This document shows, in pieces, positions 45,656 to 57,399 of a DNA stretch of 64,000 nt. The number at the start of each line of letters is the position of its first letter. Positions within the stretch are counted from its first letter, which is position 1. Source of the stretch: Ruditapes philippinarum. Lineage: Eukaryota. The stretch covers positions 1 through 64,000 of the forward strand of contig NW_026851649.1 in the NCBI RefSeq assembly GCF_026571515.1. The letters are read 5' to 3'. Both the position numbers and the translations under genes were made by a program. Under the pieces are notes generated by a model. That model saw nothing but the letters and a program-made list of their open reading frames with translations, did not search any database and was not told the origin of the DNA.

Positions 45656-45777
45656 ATGTCACCGGCTATAGATCGGCAAGCAGAAATGGCTTGTGGCCAT
45701 GAATATTTCGAGAAACTTGGGCCAAACAATCTTACAGATGATGATTGGGCAATTTTTGAAGAAGTGAAGGATGACAG
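45656..45777 (+). CDS. Tyrosinase-like gene exon 2
   Basis: Acceptor is TTTAAAG|ATG and donor is GACAG|GTTCTT. Translation MSPAIDRQAEMACGHEYFEKLGPNNLTDDDWAIFEEVKDD. Phase 0 to 2. Confidence 0.5.
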
Positions 45778-45909
45778 GTTCTTATAACATTCTATAAATA
45801 TTCTAAACATCTGATCATATATTTGTTGTTATTATTATTATCATTATTACATTTACTTTCAAACCTTGGTCATTCAATTGACGTATATCTCACATTGTTG
45901 CAATTTTAG

Positions 45910-46018
45910 TTTCGGCCACACGCCTCCATCCTTTGGCATAAGCATAAGACGAGAAGTTCGCACATTGTCAGAGGTCGAATGGCAAAATGTGGTAGACGTT
46001 TTCCGAGAATTATACGAT
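45910..46018 (+). CDS. Tyrosinase-like gene exon 3
   Basis: Acceptor is AATTTTAG|T and donor is TACGAT|GTAAGT. Translation (S)FGHTPPSFGISIRREVRTLSEVEWQNVVDVFRELYD matches the conserved tyrosinase R.E.R.LS..E...f..A motif. Confidence 0.65.
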
Positions 46019-46907
46019 GTAAGTCTAGTTCCAAAGTTATTGATCTCATAGATATCCTTTGTTTAAAACCAGGAATATTTCACCGAGCATAATTTCGTGA
46101 ACACTTATAAATGCTACAATTCCTAGGAATTCGATTTTCAATGCCAAATTTGAGATGATTAATAATGCAAAAGATGATGCTATGGTTAAAAAAGTGTCGT
46201 TTTAAACATGAAAAATGCCATTTGCTAAATGTAATTACACACAGCTGTACACTTTTATTACAGTTCTCGGTATATTCGTTACAATGAAGAAATTTAACAG
46301 CAAAACATATACATTTATAAAACTTTTATAACATAATATTTTACTCCTGAAATCAAAGTTTTCTTAGTTTAATCATTGCACTTTTTAATTAAAAGTAGGC
46401 CAATAAAACATAAGAACTATGAAAAGTTTAAACGAATTCTATTTTACAATTTTCGTTTTGCCTTTATGTCAAGATATGTTACAATTATAACATTTAAATA
46501 TGGTATGTTGTTAAGTCGTTTCTGAACTAATATCCTTCACAATATTTCTAGATATTTTATAAATATTTTTATTTGAACTATAGAACGTTCTAATTTTCAA
46601 AACGTGAACAATATTTTTATTTATAGGTATGATACAGGATAAGAACAAAATGTACAGTATTCAGAGCATTTTTTGTGAATTTATATTTCATATTCTTATC
46701 ATAGGGTGTATATAGGGTTATAGAATTTTAAGCAATCGTATTTCCTTTGAAATGTTGCTCCTTCAAATAGAAACATTTTAAGGATAGCTACATTTGCAAG
46801 TGCATTTGTGTTGCCTGTGTGAAAGAATATTTCATTCTCAAATAATTCTTATCATTTGGCATTTTAATGTTGTACTTATTTATCAAGCACCTTTCTCTTC
46901 CTTGCAG

Positions 46908-47008
46908 ACAGGAGTTCTTCAATCATTTGGACGTTTGCATGGGAAGGTGAAATTAAGGGCTCACAAGGGAGGTGCATTTTTACCATGGCACCGGGTCTTC
47001 CTTGCTCA
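46908..47008 (+). CDS. Tyrosinase-like gene exon 4: CuA copper-binding site
   Basis: Acceptor is TTCCTTGCAG|ACA and donor is GCTCA|GTAAGT. Translation TGVLQSFGRLHGKVKLRAHKGGAFLPWHRVFLA has three His with the tyrosinase CuA spacing (H..., AH, FLPWHR). Confidence 0.8.
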
Positions 47009-47183
47009 GTAAGTAATAGGCTTCGAAAATCTGTCTTGAATAATTCTAAATGAATTTTGAAATGACAGATTTATTGTTTTAAATTCTTTAACAAAACAGG
47101 ACATTGTTCTAATTTCCTTGAGATAATAATAAGATGGAGACTCCACTTGTTTATGCCCTTTTATGATATTTTTAACATTGAAG

Positions 47184-47457
47184 CTTTGAACAAGAAATGA
47201 AGAAAATTAACCCGAGTGTATCCTTACCTTACTGGGACTATACAATTGACACAGAAATAGTTCAACCTTTTGAAGCTGTGTTGTGGACGCCATGCTTTTT
47301 TGGAGAAAAAACCGGTACTGTCAGATCAGGTTCTTTCAAATTAATGTACGGTGCTCATGGCTCCGTTCTGTCGAGGAAACTGGCGGATAAGGCATATTCT
47401 ACAAGGTTGATCAACAAAAGAGACATTCAAAACTTAAAAGGGTTTTGTAGTTTTAAG
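47184..47457 (+). CDS. Tyrosinase-like gene exon 5
   Basis: Acceptor is ACATTGAAG|C. The split codon CA+C gives His. Donor is TTTAAG|GTATGT. Translation (H)FEQEMKKINPSVSLPYWDYTIDTEIVQPFEAVLWTPCFFG... PYWDW/Y is the canonical tyrosinase motif between CuA and CuB. Confidence 0.75.
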
Positions 47458-47914
47458 GTATGTGATTATTTGATAATATTTACAATTCCATATGGACAGC
47501 TAATATTTTATCATTCGAAGATTGGCAATAAAAATCATTTATATTCAATATTTAATTGTTCGTCACCGATTTATGTGTTTGCTAAGACAATCATTAAGTT
47601 TTATACATAGTTAGATATTAGTAATACAATCTTTTTTTTACGAATATCTGTTGATATTAATGCCTAGATAAAGATATTCAAAATGTGTACAATGGGTGTC
47701 ATTGAAAAAAAACCATATAAAACTGCTTTGTTGGAGCTAGGAAAATTATAGTAACAAAGTCTATCACATCTGAATAAAATAAAGAAATGGTATGATTAAA
47801 CATGGCGATTGTATTAAGACATCCAAACATTTTGATCTGGCAGGTGCAGATATCATATGGCTCATATAATCTCGTGACAAAGTACAGTAAAAAAACAGTA
47901 TCTGTTTATTTTAG

Positions 47915-48102
47915 GACATAACAACGGGCATTTTAGAAGATAAAAATGAACGTAATCTTGAAACTCTACACGATAGCGTACATGACTACATTGGAGGAGA
48001 TATGGGTGTTGTTGAAAACTCGGCGTACGATCCGATATTTTGGTTTCATCATGCATTTATTGACTATATATGGGAGTCATTTAGGGAGCATCAGACAGAA
48101 AA
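47915..48102 (+). CDS. Tyrosinase-like gene exon 6: CuB copper-binding site
   Basis: Acceptor is TGTTTATTTTAG|GAC and donor is GAAAA|GTATAT. Translation DITTGILEDKNERNLETLHDSVHDYIGGDMGVVENSAYDPIFWFHHAFIDYIWESFREHQTE matches the CuB signature H..H.Y.GG.M......DPiFw.HH..vD. Confidence 0.8.
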
Positions 48103-49238
48103 GTATATATCTATTTGAGGTTTCTGTGTTATGTCAACGATGTCAGTGTATATGAAAACTTTAATTTCTACAAGTGCAACGAAATAGAGGATATTTGTTT
48201 GTTTGTGTGTAAGATGAAATTTTATTTCATCGAGTGAGCTTTAAAAACAGTATTCTCACGAGTGGCGTAAAATTCTCACAAGATTAAAGATTACATCTTA
48301 CACAACAAACAAACAAATATTCTTTTTATTTTGTGCTTAAAAACAAGTTTAAATTAATTTCCTGAATATCAACTTGAATATTAAAATCTGTTTCCTCAAC
48401 TTGTAGCCTCGATTTCAGACAAAATTCTCATAAATAAAAGTAGTCTTGAGCTAAAAAATAAGTTTAAATATCATAAGAAGGAATACTTACTCGTGGATTG
48501 TAGAAAACAATAATTAATTGTTGACATATGCGCATTCATTCAATAAGCGACTAGGAAATTTGAAGACAGGAATTATTTGAAAGACTGTCTCATGAACGTT
48601 TGGTTATTTACTCATCCTTCGGGGGGCAGATGACTGTCATTGATTTTACTCAGTTTTACAGTTATTGCTAGTAAGACCTAAGATATGCCAAAATGTCATC
48701 AAGAGCACCTTTGCATGATGTGTAATTAACAGACAGTTACGAAAAAAAATTAAAAAAAGGTAGAGCGGTAAATTGAATGAAGTGAAGTATGTTTTCTCTC
48801 TTTGATAACGTTTGAAATTTAATTTACTTATCAATTACAGCTTTGCTTTGCTCTAATCAGTCCTATATATGTTAGAATTATAAGAATAAATTGAAGTGAG
48901 GTACCACATGGGGAAAATCTTAAGAAATAGTCTCTTCATTGAAAAGTGTGAAATTATATTATGATAATTTTCACTTTGAAATTATCAAATATGATTTTCA
49001 CGGATAAACCAGTTATCCACTCAAAAGCATAAAATAAATGTATGTAATTCATTGTTGATTTGTGATAAAAAAAATGATGAAGAAATAGCTCTACTTTGTC
49101 AATGATTCTTTAGCAAATTGCATTTTTAAAGTATTAAGTGTACGAAACATTTATTTTTCAGGTATTACTTTCCGTCTACAATTCCGAAACTATAGAACTT
49201 TTTGCTGTATTGTTATAATCGTTATAGTATTATTTTAG

Positions 49239-49660
49239 TTGTGGCCACATAGACATTGAAACAGATTACAGGCCAAAAGATGACATTGGATGGAAGAACA
49301 TTATAGGACAAGGCCACGAAGATGCATTATTTGGTTATAGCCACTTGAAGACAGTAGATGGACTCTGGCGGAATTGGACACAAATGTTTTATAAATATGA
49401 GCCCCAACCTGCCTGTGACAGTACGTGCAGTGGAGAGTATCTTTACTGCGATGACCAAAAACGATGTTTATCTCGAACAGTAGAGGCTTGTAAAAAGGAA
49501 TTCTCGACACGAAATAAACGTGAAGTGAATGTCACAGATCAGCTTGTACCACAAATACCTTGTGAATCTGGGACGAAAATAGTAGGTCTTAAAGGCGACG
49601 GTAGGACAATAAAAACATCTAAAGAGGAATGTGAAAAGATTTTGCAAAGCAAAGAACAGA
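49239..49660 (+). CDS. Tyrosinase-like gene exon 7: Cys-rich C-terminal ectodomain
   Basis: Acceptor is TATTTTAG|T and donor is GAACAGA|GTAAGT. Phases are consistent with exons 6 and 8. Translation ...DGLWRNWTQMFYKYEPQPACDSTCSGEYLYCDDQKRCLSRTVEACKKEF... Confidence 0.65.
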
Positions 49661-50077
49661 GTAAGTCTTTCATTGCCCTTTTTTTATTTAAATTTGTTTG
49701 ACATGCAAAGGTTTCTAATACATTAAAAATAATCGAAAAAAGTTTTTTATCCAATGCAATAAACTGACAATTCTTCGTAAAATGCAGAGAATTTGCTTCC
49801 ATTAGTACAATTCAAAATCTATCAATGATATGTCAAACGTTTTATATAAACGAGGGTATTAAGAATTGATCATTTTTACAAAACAAGGTCCAAATACCTT
49901 TTTTTATACGAAGAATCACCATTTCAGTTTATGTTACCTAAATTTGTATCGCATTACAGATAGTTTTCTAAAAGAGATCTAAAATTAAGTAAAGTATATT
50001 GTTTGACACTTGCTTATGTATTTTTACTGCCATGCCAAATTATTTCATTATAAGATATTTTTGTTACAATTTTATAG

Positions 50078-50208
50078 TTGCAGAAGAACCCAGACAGGAA
50101 GAAAGTAAAAATACATCTGCTAAAAATTTTGGATTTGTTACACTTGGAGCGGTTGCTTCTATTGGATTTGTAGTAATAGTGAGGCAAATTAGAAAGAGAA
50201 GGAGTTAA
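50078..50208 (+). CDS. Tyrosinase-like gene exon 8: transmembrane anchor, short basic cytoplasmic tail and stop
   Basis: Acceptor is TTTTATAG|TT. Translation (I)AEEPRQEESKNTSAKNFGFVTLGAVASIGFVVIVRQIRKRRS* has a hydrophobic 18-residue helix followed by RQIRKRRS. Confidence 0.65.
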
Positions 50209-50344
50209 CTATGATAATATAACTCGCAAATGAATTATTTTCATCTTATCTTTGATAATGTTGTACATACAAGAAATATTTAACACGTGTTAATCCGATC
50301 TATCTCGACAAGCCAATCATATGAATTTAATTTTGCATGCTCCG

Positions 50345-50392
50345 GATTTATGAACTTTGGTGTGTGCGTGCGTGTGTGTGTGTGCGTGTGTG
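50345..50392. repeat. (GT)n/(GTGC)n microsatellite
   Basis: GGTGTGTGCGTGCGTGTGTGTGTGTGCGTGTGTGTAT read directly. Confidence 0.9.
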
Positions 50393-51304
50393 TATATTGT
50401 TTTTCCCATTTGTTTGGTTAGCTGTTAATGATGTCTGACATAATGTCCGGTTTCTTATATGTAAATTTATAATTGTATGTTAAGGTGCAAGAGCTATATT
50501 TACATTGAGACGCAATTTTGAATGAACAGAAACCGATATCTAAAATCATATTAAAACAGCTAAGTTTTGTGCAATTCTTAAAACTGGCTTTTTTAGGTAT
50601 TTACTATTTTTGTTATGGTTGTCACACATTCGTGAGAAATCTTGTGTGAGGGCTTCATCTAGTTACAAATGTCTTTGTCAACAGCATTAGCAAAGTGTTT
50701 GGTAAAATTCGTGAATGATGGTAAATCCTAATCAATAAACATGTATGTATTTTAATACTTTGACTTATGTATTCATTATTTTCCTCATTGTAAATAGTTT
50801 TAATAAAGTCTCTACAAGTCTAGTGTCTGTTTTTTGTAGTAAAAAAACTACAATTCCTAGTTCTAAGCAACTTAATTTTGCTCTCCATATTTCATTTAGT
50901 GTAGTTAATTTTGCTCAACGAGTAAGTTAATCTTTGTGAGAAAAGCACAGAACAAATAAAAATCTTAATGCAGATGCGCCAAAAGGCAATATCATTTTAA
51001 ATCTATCAAATTAGACCTGAAATTTGTAAAAAGTACTATGGCCTCTTTCATAATTAATACTGACTTTTGAAGTGTTTGTAATATCTGGTAACGTTATCGG
51101 GTCAGGTCCAAATCAATTGCAGCGCGAAACATTTATGCAGTTTGTAGAGTGTTGTTATATTGTACTGGTGCACCGAGATCATTGATCCTAGCACATTTAG
51201 TTGTGAAAGTTGAACATCGCAGGCTTGAGAGGTGTTTTCACGTTAACATTACCTCTCTTTAACAGATAATTTATTCCAGCAATTTTAGTGTTGAAGATTG
51301 AATT

Positions 51305-51375
51305 CCGCTTGTAGATACTAGGGGGCGTGGGAGAGTCACATATTTACAATATCCCTCATGAACAGACTCAATTTA
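51305..51375. repeat. Solo copy of the terminal module of the 38871-42889 element
   Basis: CTAGGGGGCGTGGGAGAGTCACATATTTACAATATCCCTCATGAACAGACTCAATTTAA aligns with 38876-38945. Confidence 0.6.
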
Positions 51376-52544
51376 ATAAATCAGGGAGACACACAATCAA
51401 GAAAAAAGAAAAAAATGAAAACGATAAACAGTTGAAAATAATGCAGACTCGGCTTCGTCGGCTTCGTCCATGAACAGGCTTAATCCAATTAAGTATTTAT
51501 GGTCTACAGCCATATTTAATTCTTATAAAATAACTTAATATGAATTTAAATTATTTAACACTGTATGATTAAAGAGTTTGAGGAAGATTTGTTATAATAT
51601 TGCTTGGCATTTTCCTTGAAAGGCTGTCAAGCAGTTCACCAGTACATGTACTAGCTAGTTGCCTCCACATTTGCAATGAACTGATTGCGGTGGTGATGAT
51701 GCTGATAGTGATTTGTACATTTCAGACCAAGATAAGATTTACTCATGCTGGGCAACTGAGACCAATTAAGGTATCCACTGCCGAGTGGTTAAGGTCTTAG
51801 ACTTTGAATTTTTGACCACTTTTCTCTCATCACTGTTTGTTGTAATCCCGCCTGTGACTTAGAATTCTTTAATGTATGGAAGGTATCAAGAAAACTTACA
51901 GAAGGTTGGTAGTTCCACTCGTGTGTCAGAAGTTGTCGAGATGGGGCATCTGAGGTCTTCCTTAATCAGTAAAGCTAGAAAGTCATTTGACCTTTGAAAT
52001 ACCGGTGTGACATAAAAAAACCAACTGTGGTGTCAATGTTCAAGTCAAGTCCAGTATCCTATTGGCAAAACCATACACAACACCTTTGTTAACATCATTA
52101 TTCTATATCTTTAAGGTATTTTATTTTCACCTCAGCTATTGATTTTAATCACATACGAAAATTAGGGTTGTACTTGAAAATAAACACTTGATTTGCACCT
52201 GTGTTTAGTTAGTTGTTTTTCTCACAGCGTTTAATTTATCGTTCAGTAATAGTCAAACGCTTCTAAGAAAATAAGGATATAAACAGCTTATAAAGTGAAC
52301 GAGTGTCGCAGTATTTGTCCCACTTTTCGGTTTATTGAGAAAGCTTTTATTTGAAATCTTCTGATTTTCTCTTTCGCTTGAACTGTCTTCAGTATCGTTC
52401 ACATTATATTATTCTTTAGCTAATTGTTTTATATAAATAAGAATTAAGCCTTATTTATGTTGATATCATTGTATAAACACAACTCAATTTAAGGTATGTT
52501 TAGTGCGGAATACTGTTAGGGCCATAATGGTTATACTTTTTAAT

Positions 52545-52792
52545 CCAGACGGCGACAATGCGACAGTGCGAAAGTGCGATGACGACAATACGACAGTGCG
52601 ATGACAATAATACAACATTGCGATGACGACAATACGACATTGCAAAGCCGACAGTGTGATAATGCAATGTCGAACATACGATAGTGCGATAGTACATCGC
52701 ACTGTCGTTTTGTCATCATCGCTCTGTCGTATTGTCGTCATAGCACTGTCGTTTTGTGGTCATCGCAATGTCGAATTGTCGCCCTCTGGACT
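52545..52792. repeat. Palindromic minisatellite / foldback: ~22-bp unit (GACGACAATACGACAGTGCGAT)n on the left arm, reverse-complement units on the right arm
   Basis: CCAGACGGCGACAATGCGACAGTGCGAAAGTGCGATGACGACAATACGACAGTGCGATGAC... mirrors ...GTCATCGCACTGTCGTTTTGTGGTCATCGCAATGTCGAATTGTCGCCCTCTGG. Confidence 0.8.
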
Positions 52793-53949
52793 ATATAGTG
52801 ATTTACATGAAAGAATATGGGGAAATAATTTTACTTTTGTCAATAGATTTCTTTCTTCTTTTTTTTTGTTTCTTTTCTTTTTATATACTGAAAACATCTA
52901 ATTTAAAAGTAAATTACAAATTAATAAAAATAACGTTTCTATTTTAAATACTATCTTTTTGATAATGTTTTTGGGACTTTATATATATATTGTATCTTAT
53001 TCTCAGAGTAAGGGCTAAACAGAATATGTGATGGTTTAGTTTAATAATATTTTATTGTATAAATATACACACAATTACAATTTCATATTTTTACTGACAT
53101 AATCAAGTGTACATACAAATAGGTTGGGCCAAAAGTTCTAACAACATTATCTTGGGCCCTTCTTTGAGGTTAGTCAGAAATAAGTTTATGTTATTTGAAT
53201 GAAGTTGTATGATATCAAATACTTATCAATTTCAGTTTTAAGTAATTTTCAGGAACTAATTTTAACAAATGTTATATATGTAAATAAGAATAAATCGAGA
53301 GAAATGAGAAATTAAAAGAAAAAAAAATTATATAAAAAAAGAAATGTAGATAAGCATTATAATAAAAATATGATACTAAGAATGATTTAATTAAGTTATT
53401 TAAATATTTTAAATGTATTAAGTTTAAGTTTCAAAAGTTAATAGTGTTCCATTTAAAGTTATATATGGCTTTTGAATTAAGTGTTTTAAGCATCAAATTT
53501 TGAGAAAAAGGAATATATTATAGAATGAAATAATAAAATTATTGTTTCATGTAGTTACAAAAACAGCAAAAATATATATAGATAAATAAATACGAAGATA
53601 TTCACCGCACAAAATCCTGTTTAATCTTAAAGTACTGTTTCAGCAGTAAAATGATTGGATTTTATTCAATTAAATCTCTTGCTTGATTTAATAAAAGTCT
53701 GTACCTTATAAAAAGAATTTCATTTTCGGATTCAGAACGCCCTTCTATTCCAAACAAAAGTTTTCGTACACTAAGACACTTAGAGGATGAAAAGATCTTG
53801 TGTTTAAAAACAATGTTCGTCTTTGTTCACTGTATTATTTGCATTTAAATAAATAGTGTTCTGAATTTTCAATGTTTGCTCCACATATACAAGATGGACT
53901 GGAAACAATGTGCTTATCATATAAATCCGAATTAAGGTTATTGCAGTTG

Positions 53950-56720
53950 TTTCTTAAACGAGTATGATGTACTGTAGAGAAGCGTTCACCTTTAATGAAA
54001 AATGAAGGAACCGATGGGGATTTAAATATTTTTTTAATGTTTGCTTTAAAGGAACGGAGGGATTCTGATTCACGTATTTTAATTGGAAGTTTATTCCATT
54101 GTTGTAGTGCTGATGGTAAAACGGATTTCGAAAAAATGTCTGTTCTTCTGACAATTGATGCTTAGTCTTTACTGTTTGTTAAAGAATATGGGTTTTCATG
54201 TGCATATTTCACAGATGGGGGAAATAATTGCATTAAATAAAGTGGTACCTAATAAATTGTTTTTGCCTTTGTATATTAAAAATAATTTTTGAATATGTCT
54301 CCCATCTGAAAGCGAAACCCAACCTATTTCTGTTAATAATGTTTGTATAGTAACGGATTTTGTCAATTCTGTAACAACACTGGCAGCTTCATATTGATAT
54401 TTTTCTAATGTTTCTTTCTCGTATTGCGCACAGTTATCACAGACTAACGATGAGTATTCTAAATGTGGACGTAAATATGATACATATATATTATTAAGTG
54501 ATTCTCTTTTAATTTTGAATTTGAGCATTTTCATGGAACCGAGTATTTTAGAGGCTTTAGATACTATGTTAGATATATGTTGATGCCAAGACCAATCTTG
54601 ACTAAATGTGACCCCAAGATGTTTATGATGTTTGACAAAATTGAGTTGTACATTATCAAAAAATAATTGTGTATGATCATATTAAAAAAAAATTAAAAAA
54701 AGATTGCTTCGGTTTTTGCCGAATTGAAATTGACTAACCATTGCTTAGACCATCTTGTTATTGTCGCTAGATCCTTTTTTAACGTTTCTTCCATAAAGGT
54801 TATGTTTTTTGAGGACACAGAAAGAGAACTGTCGTCTGCGAAAAAAAGAGTCTAGTAATACTTAAGAGTGAGTCTGCTATGTCATTGACATATATTAAAA
54901 ATAATAATGGACCAAGTACTGAGCCTTGAGCAACGCCCCCTTCTAAAGAAGAAAATGTCAAAGATACGAAAACTTTTTGGGTTCTGTTATTTAAGTAGTC
55001 TTTTAACCATGTATTTAGTTTCCCTTGTATACCGTATTGCTTTACTTTGAAGATAAGACCAGAATGCCAAACTCTATCGAATGCTTTAGAAATGTCACAA
55101 AAAATAACACAAGTAGATTCTTTGCTGTCAAATGTTTTGCAAATTTGGTTATATATATCAATAAGTTGATACTCTGTAGAATGACCTGGCATAAACCCGG
55201 ATTGATTTTGATATATTAAAGAATTTGTATGGAGATAATTATAGAAATGTTTAAAAATTATGCGTTCCATTATTTCACCAACACAGCTTATTAATGAAAT
55301 TGGTCTATAATTTGATGGTTCGTCTTTATTAACCTTTTTAAAAAGAGGCATAACATGTACCAGTTTCCAACTGCTAGGATAATAACCTTCATTTTACGAA
55401 TAATTAAAAAGTATAGACAGTGGAATAAGTTTCTTTCAACATTTTATGGCTTATTTCGTCTAGTCCAGAAACTTTATTTATAACTAAATTTGTTAATACA
55501 TCTTTTATTTCTTGTTCACAAACATTAAAGTTTTCTAGTCTTGAATTTGCATTAAAACTAAAGTCTTGAAGTTGGGTATGTGAATCATCCAACTGTGAGA
55601 TTGAACTGAAGAAGGAGTTTAAAGTATTGGCTTTGTCTAAGTCTGATAAGGAGAATGTGTCATTATTATTTCTTAAAGGTGGTATAGAATCGTTTTCAGC
55701 TGAATTATTCTATCTAACATTTTAACTTTTTTCCAATATTGTCGAGGGTTTGAGCTATTGAGATCATGCAAAGAAAATTCTTAACTATTGTATAATAACT
55801 CTTTTGCGTTTTTCCGTTTTTCTTCATATTGTTTACTTTGTTTCGAATGTGTTTATATTAAGTCCAATCTGATGTTTTATTACTGTTTATTGCCTTGTGA
55901 AATAATCTGTCTCTCTGCCTTAAGCTTTTACGAATATTTCTGTTAAACCATGGCTTATCTTTTGGCCAAATTAATGCAAAATACGACGGGATGCACTGAT
56001 TAACTAAATCCATGAATTCTGATGTAAAAATATTGCAAGCTTCATTTATATTTTAATTATTAATAAAGGTCCAGTCAGTATCTCTTATTAAATTATTGAG
56101 TTTAACAAAATCTGCTTTTTTATAGTTCCAAATTTTCCTTTTAAATTTGAATCGAAATCAACCTTTAAATAAGCTAATGTTTCATAATGGTCACTTATTT
56201 CATTATCTGTTTCAAAAACTCCTGAATCAAAAACTTGAATATTGTTTGTTAATGCGATAGGCTCGAGAAGAGTTTGCGAATTATGGATTACCCTAGTCGG
56301 GCTATTAATAATATTTTTCATGCTATTTGTCAACAGTGTTTCTTTCAATTTATGATTTTGCATCTTGAGCTGATTTTCATTTACATCTCCTACTAATATT
56401 AAGTGTTGTTTGTGTTCCAGAGCCATTCCTAAGCATGAGTTTAATTTGTCCAAAAAGTCAAATCTATACTGAGGAGGTCTATATAATGACATAATTTAAT
56501 AAGTCTGATTTTTATCTTTTATTTCAACCCAAATAGAATCAGGAACTATATTTTCAAAGGAGACAACGCAATTGGGTCTAAGAAAAGATGAAACGTAAAC
56601 AAGAATCCCTCCCGAGCGACACGACTTATCTTTACGAAACATTAAATTAAAACCCGATAATTGTAATTCTTTATCTTCAATATTAGAATCTAATTTGGTC
56701 TCAGTAAAACATAACACATA
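53950..56720 (-). pseudogene. Degenerate CR1/L2-like LINE copy (APE + RT, multiple frameshifts)
   Basis: Minus-strand ORF fragments are APE at 56717-56088 (LCFTETKLDS..., LILVGDVNEN). RT lies at 55592-54800 (NYRPISLISCVGEIMERII...SKAFDRVWHSGLIFKVKQYGIQGKL...GVAQGSVLGPLLFLIYVND). The RT tail lies at 54534-54196 (RPHLEYSSLVC...LEKYQYEAASVV). Confidence 0.75.
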
Positions 56721-57399
56721 GTTTATTAGTTTATTAGTTTATTTCAGTCTCTTTCATATGCATACATATATACATAAAACATATTAAAAATTGATAAAAA
56801 GTACATATGACCATTCTACAATAGAATTATAAGAGACTATATCATGTATATACTTATCATTATCCATTTACAATTGATAGTTAGTTCCTATTGTTAACAG
56901 TAAAGATACATTATAAGAACATTTTACATCATAAAAGTTAGATTATCCCCACTGACCTTCAATAAAAAATAAATGAAGAAATGCTGTAAGATATTTTGAT
57001 AATAAATCTCTAAGTGTTCTAAAAAGTGGCACTATTCCGCAAATTTAATAAAATTATATCACCCATGGTCAGACCATGGATGATTGGTCAGTGGTGATAT
57101 TCTATACATTAGTAGATAAAACAACTTATCATGTTTAAAACAGATATGTTTCATTTGTACCATACAAATTACTATCATCACATGTGTACAATAAAATTTA
57201 CTATCATGTACTACGAGTATAAGCACCGATCATCTGAAAAAGATGTTAAAAGACTATACTAAAATTAATTTAAAAAAGAAACTAAAACACTAAGTGGTCT
57301 GAAAAACCTTAACTTGTACAATATATTGTAGCGGAGTTGAAGAATATTGTAACAGGTTTTTGGCTGTGACTTTAACAATATCAATGTTGGAGAGAATAA

